63,536 nucleotides of DNA, filler included, from Dimorphilus gyrociliatus (GCA_904063045.1; 5 parts of 5 records of this genome joined end to end with filler, not necessarily neighbours in it), one strand, 5' to 3'; positions 12,740 to 26,220 are shown, numbered from the whole stretch's first letter. A program made the numbers and translations. The notes: a model not told the origin generated them from the letters alone.

Positions 12740-13090
12740 TTACTTGGAATTATTGGTGTATTCATACCACCAATATAATAATTGTTGTAAATGGATGATG
12801 AACAAAAAATTATATTTATGTCTACTATTTTTCCATCAGCAGCAATTTCAACTGCATTAATATAGACTTTAGTTTCTCCTGTTGTAAACCAGACAACTGC
12901 TAAATGAAACCATTCATTATATATGTTACAATTCTTTATTATAACTCTGAATTATCTATTTTGACTTCTGAGTTGACACCAAAATTGATTGAATTGAGGT
13001 TTACCAACAAGTGCTATGCCATAGGATAGACCAGTATGACTATCAAAACTAACATATTGTACAGCTGGATATTAAAGTATTAATAACATT
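12740..13090 (-). pseudogene. Degraded Laminin G / concanavalin-A-like domain fragment
   Basis: The minus strand reads NEWFHLAVVWFTTGETKVYINAVEIAADG and YYIGG, with flanking stops. Confidence 0.55.
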
Positions 13091-14753
13091 TTAGACATTA
13101 AAATGCTGTTGTACAAACCATGAAATGGATTATCTAGAAAGCTTGATTGAAAAATACTGAAAATTATCACAATGATAAACATTTTCTTTTTTCAAGATGG
13201 TACATTTCATAAATCTACTCTTATTTATTAATAACACTTTTTATATTCAGGCTATTGAACAGTTCTTCAATATTTATTCTAGTCTAGTTAGACTTTTTAA
13301 AAATCACTCAAAATTTAAACTCTAACTGCTCTCTATTTATCTAAAGCTTTTGAAAGTATCATGTAAAACTTTATGAAAAGAAGGATGTATGATTGAATTG
13401 CTGAATTTATATAATGTATATAAAATAAGTTCTGGATTGATATAGTAAAGAAAGGAAATTCTTTTTCTTGTTCATCTTCAATGCTATTCTGCTGATGTAG
13501 AGTATTACAAAAATAAATGCATCACTCTTATTAACAAATGAAAACCCTTTGGGACTTAAACAGACTTCAATTCCTTCTTTTGTAGGCCTTTTTGGTAGGT
13601 CTAAACACTTCTTCAGGGTTAAACTAACCCTGTTATTAATTACAATAGAGTTTTGAAATTTCCTAAATAGGGAAATATTAGTGATTTGATTTTAAATGCT
13701 TTTACAGAATTAGAATACCCTTTATAGTTTTTCTCTCTTTTGGGATTCTCTTCAGGGATAGTCACAAACCTAATAAGTCATTTGATCCCATGCATGTTGT
13801 CAAAAGTGATCAGAGACTAGTTCATTGGATTTGTTCCTATGCATGATTAGTAATCCTATCTTGTATAGTTCTAGTAGTGAGACAGGATTTTGCATAGGGT
13901 ACATTGGATAATGTAAATTATCCAACTGGAAGTACAGTTAAAATCTTCCTCAACTTTAAATACATTACGATTTCTATTCTGGTTATTCATTTACTGGTGT
14001 TCCTATGAAATTATCACAGAATGATGAATTAAAGTTAATGTTTAATAGGATGTTTATCATAAATCCAAACTTTTTAAAATACAATTAACTTCTTTAGTGT
14101 TCATATTAAAGAAATAGTTTGTAATAAAAAAAATTTTGTTGGTTGAAGATCAGGTATTATAGTTTTTAAAATGAGTTTTTGCTTCTGCATTATCCCTATT
14201 CATATGATAATAACGGATTTTTGTCAGGTAGCATTGGTTTTTTAAAATAAATAGTTCTTCATTTCTCTCTTTCAACACTTTGTACATTTCACAGATGGTA
14301 TCAATTTGTTGTACATTATCTTCTGGTTTATTTTCAGTCATTTCATTTCTTTCAACTTCCATCCTCTGCTCATGATAATTAAATTCTTCATCATCTTCCT
14401 GTTCATTCTCTTTTCCCTAAATAGACTCTTAATCTTCCTCTGGTTCCTCAGCATGCTCTTGTATTTCCTCTTGCTGTTCATCTTCATGATAAAATATTTT
14501 TATTTTGCCACATAGTTCATCAGCTAATATCCCAGATGATTGGCACCCAAATATATAATATATATATTAAAAACTGAAATAATTTTTCTACTTCTTACCA
14601 ATTGCACTTTGTTGTATTGTAATTGTAGGAATTTCTTCTTCTTCAGAACAGTATTCATCATTTCGAATCATTTATCAACTTACCAAAGTACTGGTTCGAA
14701 TAGAACCTTTCCAGTTCGTCCACAAACAGTCTTAAGAAATGTTATTACAGTCA

Positions 14754-15155
14754 TATTAGGTATGATCTAAAAGTTCTGCACGTTTTTTATTTATTTTTAT
14801 AGTACTTAGGTTATTTTAATAATTTTTTTTATATTTTAGCCTATAGTCTACTCTAGAAAAATTAACTGTTCTATTCCTTAATTGACCCCCATTGTTTATA
14901 CATGTCTGCCATTTGGATGGAAGTAGATCTATCCCATTCCAATAAAAGGAGGATTGTTTTCTCCTCAAATATTCCTTGACATCTTTTTTTAGCTCCTCCA
15001 AATTTTCATAATCAACTCCTCTGATATGATCTTTCAGTCATCCAAACAGGTAAAAATCAGATGGGGCCAAATCAGGGCTGTATGGGGGATGTGGACAGAC
15101 AGACCATCCCAGATTTCTGATAAAATCAGTTGTGTACAGACTGGTATGGGGTCTG
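14754..15155 (-). mobile_element. Mariner (DD34D) 3' remnant with one terminal repeat
   Basis: NARPHTS...HPPYSPDLAPSDFYLFG*LK...YWNGIDLLPSKWQTCINNGG, plus a mariner-like end TATTAGGTATGATCTAAAAGTTCTGCACGTTTTT at 14754. Confidence 0.85.
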
Positions 15156-15895
15156 GCATTATAATATTAGATCTTAAGGTTTGGGTGAGTTAAAGATTAG
15201 CCATAGGCAAGGGTTAATTGGAGTTAGCAAGTAAAAGTATTGAATTTATGTATCCCATATCATTTTTATTTTGCAGTAAATCTATACTCTTTGCATACTA
15301 TAGATATAAGCCTTATCCTTTAAGAGCCTAGATTAATTTATGAATGAGTCAGTCAGTGAGTGGGTGGTAATACAATTCTATTTTTGATATTATTGAACAA
15401 TATGTCAATGAACTTTTTGTTATAAATGACACACATAATGACCAAAATTTATTATAAATTATTTATGAATTTTTATTTTATATTATGTAAATTAAATTAG
15501 GATTAAAGAGGGTCAGTGTTTGGGTCTCCTTTACTGCAATATTTTCCAAGTGCAATGTCTATGTGCAATTTGTTATAATTTATATCCTGCTAAACAACAT
15601 ACTTAAATATTAAATTATAAATTATACTTTACCTGTATTTGACCTTTTATTAATGTGCTTAGTAATAATAATATTAAACTGTTGTGAAGTGGGTAGTTGT
15701 TTTTTAGTACAAAGGAGTTACTGTGAATCTGTTTACTAGAAATTTTTCCAAGAAAAAAATATACTATATAAACTATAAATTGTCAAAAAATCTTTAAATC
15801 CAATTTGAAAGCTAACTTATGTTAGTTATATGCTAAACTTTTGACAGAAAAAAAAAACTTTTAACATATTCTGAAGATACCAATATTTAAAATCA

Positions 15896-16744
15896 ATGAA
15901 AATCTTAATGTATTATCATTTCATAGTATTTATTGTTTTACATTGTAAGTAAATAATTTGTTTTTGTTTTTTTTTTATTAGATAGTCTGATAATTGTTTT
16001 TTTTATCCTTTTCAATATTAAAGTTTCATCAGTATTCTCATTGAATATTCTTAATTGTAAAACTGGACATACTAGCGATAGGATAAATACTTGTGGAGTT
16101 TGTCAAACTGGAACTATTCTATCAAAGGATAAATTGAAATGTTACAGTAAGTTAAAAAAATAAAGTGAAAAAAATTGGATTAAATAAAATATTTTTTTTC
16201 ATAATTGTTTAAAAAATTTTTTAGAATGTCCAGAATTTTGTGCAAAAGGTTATTGTAAATTAAATTCAAATAAGATAAATGAAGAGGAATCTACTGTCTG
16301 TGATCAATGCATTGAGCACTATTTTGTTAAAATTCAAAATGCCATGGTAAAAAAAAAATTATTTAAAATTTTAAAAATTATAATTATTATTTATTTTATT
16401 TATTTTGATTATTTATAGAATGCACTTCCGGCTGTAAAAATTGTACAAATATTGATAATTGTCTGGAATGTTTACCTAATTACACATTACAAGGGAAAAA
16501 AGAATGTTTCAAGTGTCCGCATAATTGTATGAATTGTAGATGGGATAATTCATTGAATAATGTACAATGCCAAAAGTGTAATGACAGATATACTATAAAA
16601 AACCAAGGATGTTTATGTAAATAAATCAAATATTTTTTATTCTTTTCATAATTATCAAAAAAAAAATATTTTTTTTTCTCTTATAAAAAAATAGCTTGTG
16701 GACCTTACTGTAAATCCTGTATTTATAATAAAGCTACTGGAATC
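15896..16744 (+). CDS. Secreted furin-like Cys-rich repeat protein, multi-exon, truncated by contig end
   Basis: Hydrophobic leader MKILMYYHFIVFIVLH|YSLIIVFFILF across intron 15945-15981. Later exons give CPEFCAKGYC and CTSGCKNCTNIDNCLECLPNY..CFKCPHNCMNC..CQKC, with GT-AG introns. Confidence 0.75.
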
Positions 16745-16844
16745 NNNNNNNNNNNNNNNNNNNNNNNNNNNNNNNNNNNNNNNNNNNNTTAATTAATTAA
16801 NNNNNNNNNNNNNNNNNNNNNNNNNNNNNNNNNNNNNNNNNNNN
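16745..16844. other. Artificial contig spacer
   Basis: 44 N + TTAATTAATTAA (stops in all six frames) + 44 N. Confidence 0.98.
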
Positions 16845-17312
16845 TTTAAAGGTCCTTGCAAAAATCCTACAATCGCACCATCTATAAGGAATATTGAAAA
16901 AGGTAATAAAAAAATTGTTTATAAAAAGTTTCCTTCTTGGTGAATTAAACTTCTCTCTGTTTTTCCTTTTAAAAAGGTAATAATTTAACTTGTGATTTTA
17001 TAAATGGTTTATGTGGATATAAAATTATCAATTATGTTAATTCTTACGCAAAATTATATCATCAAAGAGGTTCCTTGATATCAGAATATATTTCATACCA
17101 CAAAGGTGTAAAATTTGAAATACTATCACCATTAATTACTAATTTCAAAAGTGACAAATGTTTTCGTATTTCAATAAATTCCAACCTTTTTATGTATATA
17201 AGTATATATACAAAATCAAGATTTTCAAATACATTTAGGTGATTTTGCTTCTTTTTTTTTTCTTTTAAGTTTTAATCTGGTTTGTTCATGTTTTTGTTCC
17301 ATTTCATTTGCA

Positions 17313-20013
17313 GACTACTGAAATATGGATGTGGACAATATCTTATTGATAAAGATGTTGAGCAGGTAAGTAAACAACTAAACAATTGAGTAAATAAATT
17401 CTATTATATTTTCACTTTTACTGTATTGAATAACTTTAGATCAAAATTGGTTTTGTATTTGATGAAAGTTTTTTAAATCAAAAACATTCTAGAATAATAA
17501 TCAATGATTTTCAATTTAATAATGAAGATTGTCATAGTAACGAAAAATGTACAAATGAAGTTTGTCTGTAATATTTTAAAAAGAAAAAATTTATAAACAA
17601 GACTTGGAAAATAGAGAAATATAATTCTTTTCTCATGAAAAACATAAATACATTATGTGAGGAAAAAAATTACTCCACTTTACAATAGTCTTCTAGTTCA
17701 TAAATTTATCTCTTTAATTCCTTTTCTAAAGGTAAAAAAGTAATAAAACTTGAAACAGTAAAACCAATTGTGAATTCAATTGGTCATCTCTCAACAAAAA
17801 TGTTTTATCCTCCACATATGAAATGTTTAATTATAAAATACACATTTTGCGAACATTACAATAAATTATTTGTAAGTCAATCATCAATTTTTAAAAATCT
17901 AGTTTTTTTCAAAAAGTTTCTTCCCCCAGATGTTTTTAAAAACAAATAATGGAAGAATAATTAATCCCCTTTCAACTGCTGATAATCACGATAATATTAC
18001 ATTTTCAAGATGCCCTGGCTTTCAATTGGAGAAACAAAGTAGAATTTATGAAATATGTAACTTTCCAAATCAAAAATTCCAAGTAATTATTTTTAAAGAA
18101 TTTATAATTCATTTCATTTTATATCTTTCTAACAAAAAGGTTATTTTACAAATGATGAAATCAGACAATTCAAACTTGAATGATGTCTTACATCTAGAAG
18201 AATTCTATTTTACAAATAAAGAGTTATGTCAAATTGAAAAGGCTAGTAACAAAATTGCAAAAGTCTATGAACCATATCAAATGATTGTTAACTTTACAAC
18301 TGAAATTCCCTTTAACAAGACTTTTTTTTGGAGGAAGAGAGGTTCTCTTATATATAATGATTTATACATTTTGATTTTAATGAAGATTCTCTGTGTTTAA
18401 AGGATCTAAATATTATATTAATAGTATAAACTTGAAAGGGAAATTCAAATCTGAACTTGTTTCACCAATTATTAAGACTGTTGGCAATGGAAATAAATGT
18501 ATTATCATAATAGTTAACTCTTTATATAAAATTGACAAACAATTGAATGTTTCTGTTCTCTCTTCTCAATCCAATGTTTTCAGGTAACAAACAGATTTAT
18601 AGTTAATATTTTATCTGCTATTGTTTAATTCTTTTCTGTCTGATTTAAAGCCATATTGATGGTGAAACTATTTATGCAAATGAAGATTTTTATGTAACAT
18701 CCTACAGAACATTGACCAACTTTCAACAGGTTCTTTTTAAATTCCTTATAATGTTTTCAAAATTAACTTTTTGTTATCTTTTTCATAAACAGTTCAAAAT
18801 TGAAGCTAATTCAAAATATCACCATAAAATCAGTATTAGATCATTTTATAACTACTGCAAAAACGGTATTTATGTAAAACCTATTGATTGAAATATGAAA
18901 GTGTAAAAATTCAGCAATGTCTGTAATTTATTTTTAGAAAGTATTTTGTATTCCATTTTTGGAAGGCCTTACAACTCAAATGTAAACAATTCAAACTTTC
19001 AGGTAAATTTTAAAAATCATTGTAATTAACAAAAAAATGCAGTAAAATCTACAAATCTGCTCATTTAAAGATTTTAGTATATAAATTTGGTAAAGCAACT
19101 TGTTTAGCTGCTTTGGTTGATTTGAATTATGTTGTTACACACAATAGATGCATTGGGTAGTATATAATTTGATAGACTTTATTGTTAAAAAATAAAAATT
19201 TTCCATTAGTTCTGAATATAATGGAGTAGAAGATTTATTGCCAAATGATATTAAAATTGGTGTTTTAAAGAGGAATGGAGAAAAAGTTATACTTTATAAA
19301 ATAGTTAAATACTTTTTATTTCTTGCAACAAGGTTAAATCTGTTTTTTTTTTACTATCAAAAGAATTCTAATTTATTTGAAAATATAGAGAAGACACGTT
19401 TAGAGGCAAATATACATTAGTTGTATTGAAATTGGAAAAGAATATACTCTGGCTGAATACTAAACAAGTGATTTGTTCAGGATTTAATCGAAATGTATTA
19501 AAATTTCAAACGAACAAATGTATAGCGATGAGATCTAGAGAAGTATCACAATCAGGAAAATCTGACGAGTGTGAAACTTTTAATTCATGCCATAGAGAAT
19601 TGAAAATTAACATTTGGAAAACATACTATTCAAAGGTATGAGTCTGTGTTTAAATTGTTAAGAAAAGGTTATATACTTATTTAAGTATTCAACAGTATTT
19701 CTGGAAGGGTGTTTTAATTTTTTGCCCTGTTGATGAAAAATGGAATCTTTTAGGTTTTCCAGACAATGGCAAAAGAGTAAATTATTTTGTCTCTTTATTA
19801 AAATTATGCTACAACCATTGTGACAAAATTCTCTTTGTTTACAAATATGCCAAAATAATATAAAGTTTGTCATAATGCTTGTAACATAACTTGTTTAGTT
19901 TCAATAATTTGTAAACTCTTTTTTGTTTTTTTAAGGATGCTATTGTTAATCTTAAAGCTGAGAAAGTATGTGACACTATAGATTCATATGAAGAAAACTA
20001 TGACATTTATTGA
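17313..20013 (+). CDS. Multi-exon gene of unknown function; one exon resembles a non-catalytic trypsin-like protease homologue
   Basis: Several short exons are bounded by AG/GT sites, and the last candidate exon reads DAIVNLKAEKVCDTIDSYEENYDIY*. The exon near 19090-19157 reads KATCLAALVDLNYVVTHNRCI. The full exon structure is unresolved. Confidence 0.35.
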
Positions 20014-20797
20014 ATAATTGAGATTCTTTCAAAATAATATCCTATTTAGTCTAAAATACAAAAGTCCCAACTCCAACTGGTTGTCTTGAATGTGTTGAAA
20101 ATGCATTTACTGATAAAGATAAATTGTAGTATAGACATACTTCTTCATAATAGTTTTACAATTACAATTTAGATTACAATGACTAAATTGAATAGATGAC
20201 AGAGTATTTGATGATGAAGAAGTATGCACACTAAATAAACGAGCCCATATATAGTAACCGATACCATTTTTTGGCCATTGGGTTATTTTGAAGTGGAAGA
20301 GGTAGAGACTTGGAATGGAATCACTTTGATTACACATGAAAGAGTGCCATTTCTAGTAGGTGCCCATAATCCTAACTAGTTCCAATAGAACTAAAAGTTC
20401 ATCCTTTACATTAGTCCACACAAAGTACTAAATTCGAAATAAAAACCAAAATTTGCTAATTAGAATATATGCATTGAATAAAATTAATTAATAAACTACA
20501 ATAGAATTTTTATGAAACCGGCATTGTGATTGCATGAAACTGTTGAAAATAGATATCTTAAGCATGTATTTAGATAACAGAATTCTATAGAAAGGGAGAT
20601 AGTTTATGGTTGTATCCAACATTGTAATAATCTACTCAATATCCATCATTTTATAGGCATGTATATGATCAGAAAAATATTGAAATGAATGGAACCATTT
20701 AAAGGCAAAACTATTTTTAAAACTTTCAATTGTGTCAAACATTACTTAACATTAAACTTTTAGCTTTTATTGTTTTAATTTGTATTGATTTTTTCTT

Positions 20798-22687
20798 CTA
20801 AAGATTTACAATATTTGCTCCAAACTTACTAATAATACTTTTACTGATATTATCATTTAAAATACAATTTTCTAGGTCAAGTAATTCTAAAGTTTTTACT
20901 GATTTCTCTAATCCTTCACATATGGCAATCCATCCACTCTTCATATCTTCATTTCCAGACAGATATACTCTTCTTATGTTTGAACAATTAAAGAACAAAT
21001 TTCCAATTCCTATACACATTAACTCATCTATATTACAACTATCAAAACTAATCATTCTTAAGAAAGTAGATGATTTTTGAAGACTTTCACAAATACAAAA
21101 GATTCCATTTTTAATGTTGCCGTTAAAACCGAAATATATCTCTAAAATATGTGAACAATGCTTTAGTAAATTTCCTATTGAAATGCTCATCTTTTCATCC
21201 AAATTGCAATGTTCAAAATTTAAAACTTTTAATGTATTACAAGATATTTGCAGTGTATTACATATTTCCAAAATTCCATATCCAACTAATCCATTCCTTT
21301 GATAAAAAAAACCTTCTAGTTTAATACACTTCTTTAATAAATTTGAAATAATTTTGCAGTCGTCTTCATCTAGATTGCAGTCCTGAAAGCCTAAAACCTT
21401 CAAAGATGCCGAAGTCTCTTCCAATCCCCTACATAAATGCAGCAATTCAAGATTGTGATTGTATCCAAAATATACTTTTTTCATTACTGAGCATTTCATT
21501 AACAAATTTTCAATACAAATACAAATGCCCTCATTTAAATCACAATTCTCAAAATCAATCAACTCTAAAGTTCTACAAGAGTTTTCTAGTCCTTTGCAAA
21601 TTGGTTTAAATGCATTTCCAATATTTGTAATCTCCTTAAAGTAGACATTTTCAAGTTGACAGCATTTTTCTAATAGAAAACCTATATTTAAACAAATATT
21701 ATCACCAAAGTTACATCCTTCAAAGTCAACAATTTTTAAAGAGTTGGCAGAATTTTCAAGACCATTTATGATACTTAACCAACCACTTTCTCTCATATTT
21801 GGATTTTCTGTTACAAAGATTACTTCAATTGAACAATCCAATAAAAACTTTCCGAATGAAATAGCCATATTTTCATCTAAATTGCAGTTTCTTAAATAAA
21901 TCTCTTTTAAGCTGTTTTTAGAGTGTCTCAATTCTTCAAAAATCTCAAAAAGACCATCTCTCATTGTTGTATTTTGCTCTAAATATAATTCGGTAATTTG
22001 ATTACAGTTTTTAAATAATTGTTTTAAAGCAATACACCCATCTTTGTTTAGATTGCAATTTCCAAACAAGCATTGTTTTAAATGAGCAGAAGATTTGCTT
22101 AGTTCTTCAAAAATTCCTAACATTCCATTTCCTATCTCTGGATTATCACTCAGGTTTAAACATTCAATTTTGGAACAATGAGAAAGCAATTCTCTAACGT
22201 AATTGCACTTGTTCTCATTCAAATCACAGTCACACATGCTCAATACTTTTAAACTATCTGAGGATTTTTGAAGTCCATCACAAATGTTACGCAATCCATT
22301 TTCCATATTTTGATTTCCCCCAAGGTATATTTCTTCAATTGTAATGAAATCCTTCAATATGTTGCCAAAATCCACACTGGTTTCCATATCCAAATTACAA
22401 CAAGAGATATCTAAAGCCTTTAAAGTGTTGGATGATTGACGCAAAGCTAGAAAGATTGTTAAAATACTACTTTCTATAAGTTTATTATCTGCTAGATTAA
22501 TGCATTCAATTTGAAAGCAATTGCTGCATAATTGCGCAATACTAGAGCAATTCTCTTTCGTTAAGTTATAGCCTTCAAAGCTAATAATTTTTAGAGAAGA
22601 TGAAGAAATATTTTGAAGTTCTTGACACATTTTAGAAATTAAATCTGTTTGTCCATTCCCTTTAATCATTGTAATGTCAGATGCCAT
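20798..22687 (-). CDS. RI-like LRR-only protein, 629 aa, single exon
   Basis: About 11 tandem 57-aa units (ICxGLxxSxxxLKxLxxxxCNLDE...). The ATG sits immediately before the repeats and no P-loop is present. Confidence 0.85.
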   Translation of the reverse strand: MASDITMIKGNGQTDLISKMCQELQNISSSSLKIISFEGYNLTKENCSSIAQLCSNCFQIECINLADNKLIESSILTIFLALRQSSNTLKALDISCCNLDMETSVDFGNILKDFITIEEIYLGGNQNMENGLRNICDGLQKSSDSLKVLSMCDCDLNENKCNYVRELLSHCSKIECLNLSDNPEIGNGMLGIFEELSKSSAHLKQCLFGNCNLNKDGCIALKQLFKNCNQITELYLEQNTTMRDGLFEIFEELRHSKNSLKEIYLRNCNLDENMAISFGKFLLDCSIEVIFVTENPNMRESGWLSIINGLENSANSLKIVDFEGCNFGDNICLNIGFLLEKCCQLENVYFKEITNIGNAFKPICKGLENSCRTLELIDFENCDLNEGICICIENLLMKCSVMKKVYFGYNHNLELLHLCRGLEETSASLKVLGFQDCNLDEDDCKIISNLLKKCIKLEGFFYQRNGLVGYGILEICNTLQISCNTLKVLNFEHCNLDEKMSISIGNLLKHCSHILEIYFGFNGNIKNGIFCICESLQKSSTFLRMISFDSCNIDELMCIGIGNLFFNCSNIRRVYLSGNEDMKSGWIAICEGLEKSVKTLELLDLENCILNDNISKSIISKFGANIVNL

Positions 22688-23151
22688 TTTCCAGTAATGA
22701 AAAGAATTGTTCTACCTTGCACTAGAATGTGTTTATTTCAATATGTTATGGCCATTATGAGAAGCCATTTTCATATTGATCAAAATGTTATAGCAACGAA
22801 AAATCAATACTGAGATTATAGAAATAGCCTTAGTAGGTTTTACCAATGAAAATTTGGAGGGATTATTGAGAGATAATAAAGACATTAAACAAACTATTTT
22901 GTCAAATATTAAAAATATAATATAAATATTAAATTAAATAAATTATCAATAAAAACTGTATTGTTTGTTGAAGTTGAGTAGTGTTGAAAAACCAATTGGT
23001 TTACGATTTATTTTACATAATTGCTGAATAAATCTTAACGCCATTTTGTTGGTTAAAGATTAGCGCCTTTATTAACATAACAACCAACATCACATGTATC
23101 AAGGTCACTTTTTAAATGTTTGGCTATTGTTTTTAAGAAAACTACAAAAAG

Positions 23152-23898
23152 TTAATGTATTTCAATTTCACAAAGTTGAAGTGGATTTGAAAATTTATTC
23201 CATAATGAAATGATAATCTCTGTTGAATATTTTTCACAAAAAAAATTGAATTTTCCAACTTCTTTACACAATTTAACTTGGCTTTTTTCTGATTTAAGGT
23301 AAACATTTGCTTGCATACTATCATTTAATTTACTAAATAATTTAAAATTTTCTTTATAGTCCATTTGAAATAGAATAGAATATGATTGAAAGTTAATACA
23401 AGAGTTTTTATCATTATCTTTCAAAATATTTAAATTTTGATTGCAGTCATTAGATGATAAAAATTTTATTTTAAAAGAAAGTGTACAAACTAGAGAACTT
23501 ATATAATGCTTTGCCCATTCCGAATTACCATCTATATCACCATAACTTGTTTGGATTAATGGTAATCTTTTAGGCAAAACAGATATTTTTCCTACTGCAT
23601 GATAGTTCTGGTTATACCATATTGAGCCTGTATCTAGGCAAGTTGCTGTGTCATTGTTTGTATTAAGACAAATTTTTGTTGTTAAACATCTTTCTGTGAT
23701 ATATTCATTATTTGAATTGAAAGAACATTTTATCTGAGCAGTTTTACCATTTTCCAATTGAATTGTATAGGTTGCATTTAAATGATTATTATCAATAAGA
23801 GCTTTAAAACAACTTTTATAAGCAGATTCAACATTCAGAAAGATATTTAATAAAAAAAAGACAGGAATATTTGAATAAATGAAAATATCTGATTTCAT
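23152..23898 (-). CDS. Secreted protein with a Caspr/neurexin-IV fibrinogen-like-type segment
   Basis: Signal-like MKSDIFIYSNIPVFFLLNIFLNVESA, then SC...YTIQLENG...C...DTG...RLPLIQTSYGD...LVC. Confidence 0.5.
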   Translation of the reverse strand: MKSDIFIYSNIPVFFLLNIFLNVESAYKSCFKALIDNNHLNATYTIQLENGKTAQIKCSFNSNNEYITERCLTTKICLNTNNDTATCLDTGSIWYNQNYHAVGKISVLPKRLPLIQTSYGDIDGNSEWAKHYISSLVCTLSFKIKFLSSNDCNQNLNILKDNDKNSCINFQSYSILFQMDYKENFKLFSKLNDSMQANVYLKSEKSQVKLCKEVGKFNFFCEKYSTEIIISLWNKFSNPLQLCEIEIH

Positions 23899-24680
23899 AT
23901 TATCCTTGAAATGAGTATAACTTGTTGGTGTTTTTCGCCTCTGCTGACAAATAATTTCAATGTGTAAGAATTCTTCTATTATCTCTCTAAGTAATATATG
24001 GATACTTATGATAAAGTAATATGATTTTTTTATAATTGACATTTACAAATTTTTTATTATTTTTAATGAAATTTGTTGATGTTTCATGAATGAGTATCGC
24101 TTTGAATGGCATTATTCAATAACAATGACGTATCTGCATACTAGAACATTAACTAAATTTTTAAGACTTGTGATTACTATAGGTAAATGAAAACACATCT
24201 GAAATAGTAACTAGTTTTTGAAATAGCCAACAATAAATGATCTTTACTGTAAATTAATTAACATTAGACGGCTTTGAAATATTTCAAGAGCAAAGAAGTG
24301 AAATTCAACATAGTCTTATTTTTTATTTACTTGACACTTTTTAAAAAATGAATTATATCTTCATTATGTTGATCTAGGCCTAAAGCATAACGCTATAGAA
24401 CAATTTGCTATGGATTTAGAGTAGAACGGAAGATTATAGATTTTATAAGACCATTCAGCCTATAATTTACGTTCAGCGAATGTTGTAATAATAATCATAA
24501 TAATGAATTATGCATGAAAATATTTAAATTAAAGAGAATTTTCTTAGTTTAGACTGGTCCTCATATAGATTATGAATCATTTTGTGGCGTGTATAGACAT
24601 GCGCCAAGTTGCTGATTCAACAGAAATATTTGTCTATATATTCGCCTAACTGTGTAGTTTATTCGTAAAATTCACAAAGA

Positions 24681-26220
24681 ATGGTACGATATATAATTAA
24701 AAGAGAAATATAACTTTGTTTTTCTTCGATTCTATAACCAGTTTTTTCTTAATAGGATAGAAAGCAAAAGAGGAAATTAAGCGATAGCGAAGACGAAGGA
24801 AAACGAAAGAAATGCAAATATTGGGAAAAATGCTATAGAAAAAATGCTGATCATCTTAAAAATTTCTTGCATCCTAAAGGTAAAATTTTACTTTTTCATT
24901 TATTCTCATTAATTTATTAATGATTAAAACTATTAATATATAAATAGATAGTGTTGAAAGCGATTCAACATCTGATGACGAAGAAAAAACTGGTAATAAT
25001 TTTCACTCTAGCCAAGACTATTTTACTTACGATAAACTTTGTTTAGATTCTGCTGCTGCTAAAAGAAGACCAAAACATAAATCTATTGCAGTTTTATTGG
25101 CGCAGAAATATGATGATAGGTTTGTAATTTTTTTTTAATAAATCATTCGAAAATTCCTAGTTAAAATTCGTATGAACAGCGTCGATCCGAAAGGTTGGTT
25201 GATTAGTGAAAAACTCGACGGAGTTAGAGCATTTTGGGATGGAAAGTAAACGTTTTTTTTTTAAATTTACCATTCTTTATGAAATATTCACGTTTTTATT
25301 GTTTTTAGATCATTTTACTCTCGTTTGGGTAATGAATTCATTCCACCAAAGTGGTTTATAAAAAATTTCCCTTCCGATATCACTCTCGATGGAGAATTAT
25401 TTGCCGGTAGAGGGCAGTTTCAAAAAACTGTTAGCATAGTCAAAAATCCAGGAAGTGAGAGATGGAAACATGTCAAATACTATGTTTGTTTTTTTTTTAA
25501 TTGCAATTTCTAACCCTAATTCTAAATGTTGACGTCATCTTGCTTAGGTGTTTGATTCTCCATCGATGAATTCCAAATTTGAAACTAGAATCAAAAATCT
25601 GGAAAAACTCTGTAAAGATGAAGAGTAAGCGAACTTTTTTTTGAAAATTGATTGGCATGAAAACGGTTTTTGATGTAAATTTCAGTATTCCAAAGATTGT
25701 AATAGTTGATCATAGCGTTTGCGAAGGAAAGGAAGATGTCGAAAAGAAACTAAAGGATGTTGAAGATTTGGGAGGAGAAGGTTTAATGCTAAGAGATCCG
25801 AATTCAATGTACGAAGCATTTCGATCAAAAACACTTTTAAAAGTTAAAACATTCTACGATGCCGAGGCGATAGTTATTGGTTACGTTGCCGGAAAGGGAA
25901 ACAATACTGGTAAAATTGGAGCGTTACTTTGTAAAATGGAATGCGGAAAAGAATTTAAAGTTGGCTCTGGGTAATTAAAAACAAAATTTCCAATATAAAT
26001 AAAAAATCATGTCACTTTTTACAAAGAGAAATCTATTAGTCTTTCAGATAAAGAAAGGTCTAAACCTCCTAAGAAAGGATCAATTATAACATACAAATTC
26101 CAAGAATTGACGAACAGCGGTTCTCCAAGATTTCCATCATACATTGGAATACGAATAGATATGGATAAGCCGAAAGATGCGGTAATAACTAAAAAGAAAA
26201 TCGATCTGGCAGATATTTAA
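24681..26220 (+). CDS. Minimal ATP-dependent DNA ligase (adenylation + OB domains) with N-terminal PBZ zinc finger, 9 exons
   Basis: Exons 24681-24683, 24756-24879, 24948-24992, 25047-25119, 25180-25245, 25309-25483, 25548-25624, 25686-25970 and 26040-26220 splice in frame. Ligase motifs: EKLDGVR (I), LDGEL (III), VFD (IIIa), EGLMLR (IV), LLKVK (V), PRFP (VI). PBZ: CKYWEKCYRKNADHLKNFLHP. Confidence 0.9.

Noticed and set aside
16789-16800. Palindromic TTAATTAATTAA inside N runs (four occurrences)
   Set aside because: It is an identical synthetic linker with six-frame stops, not biological sequence.
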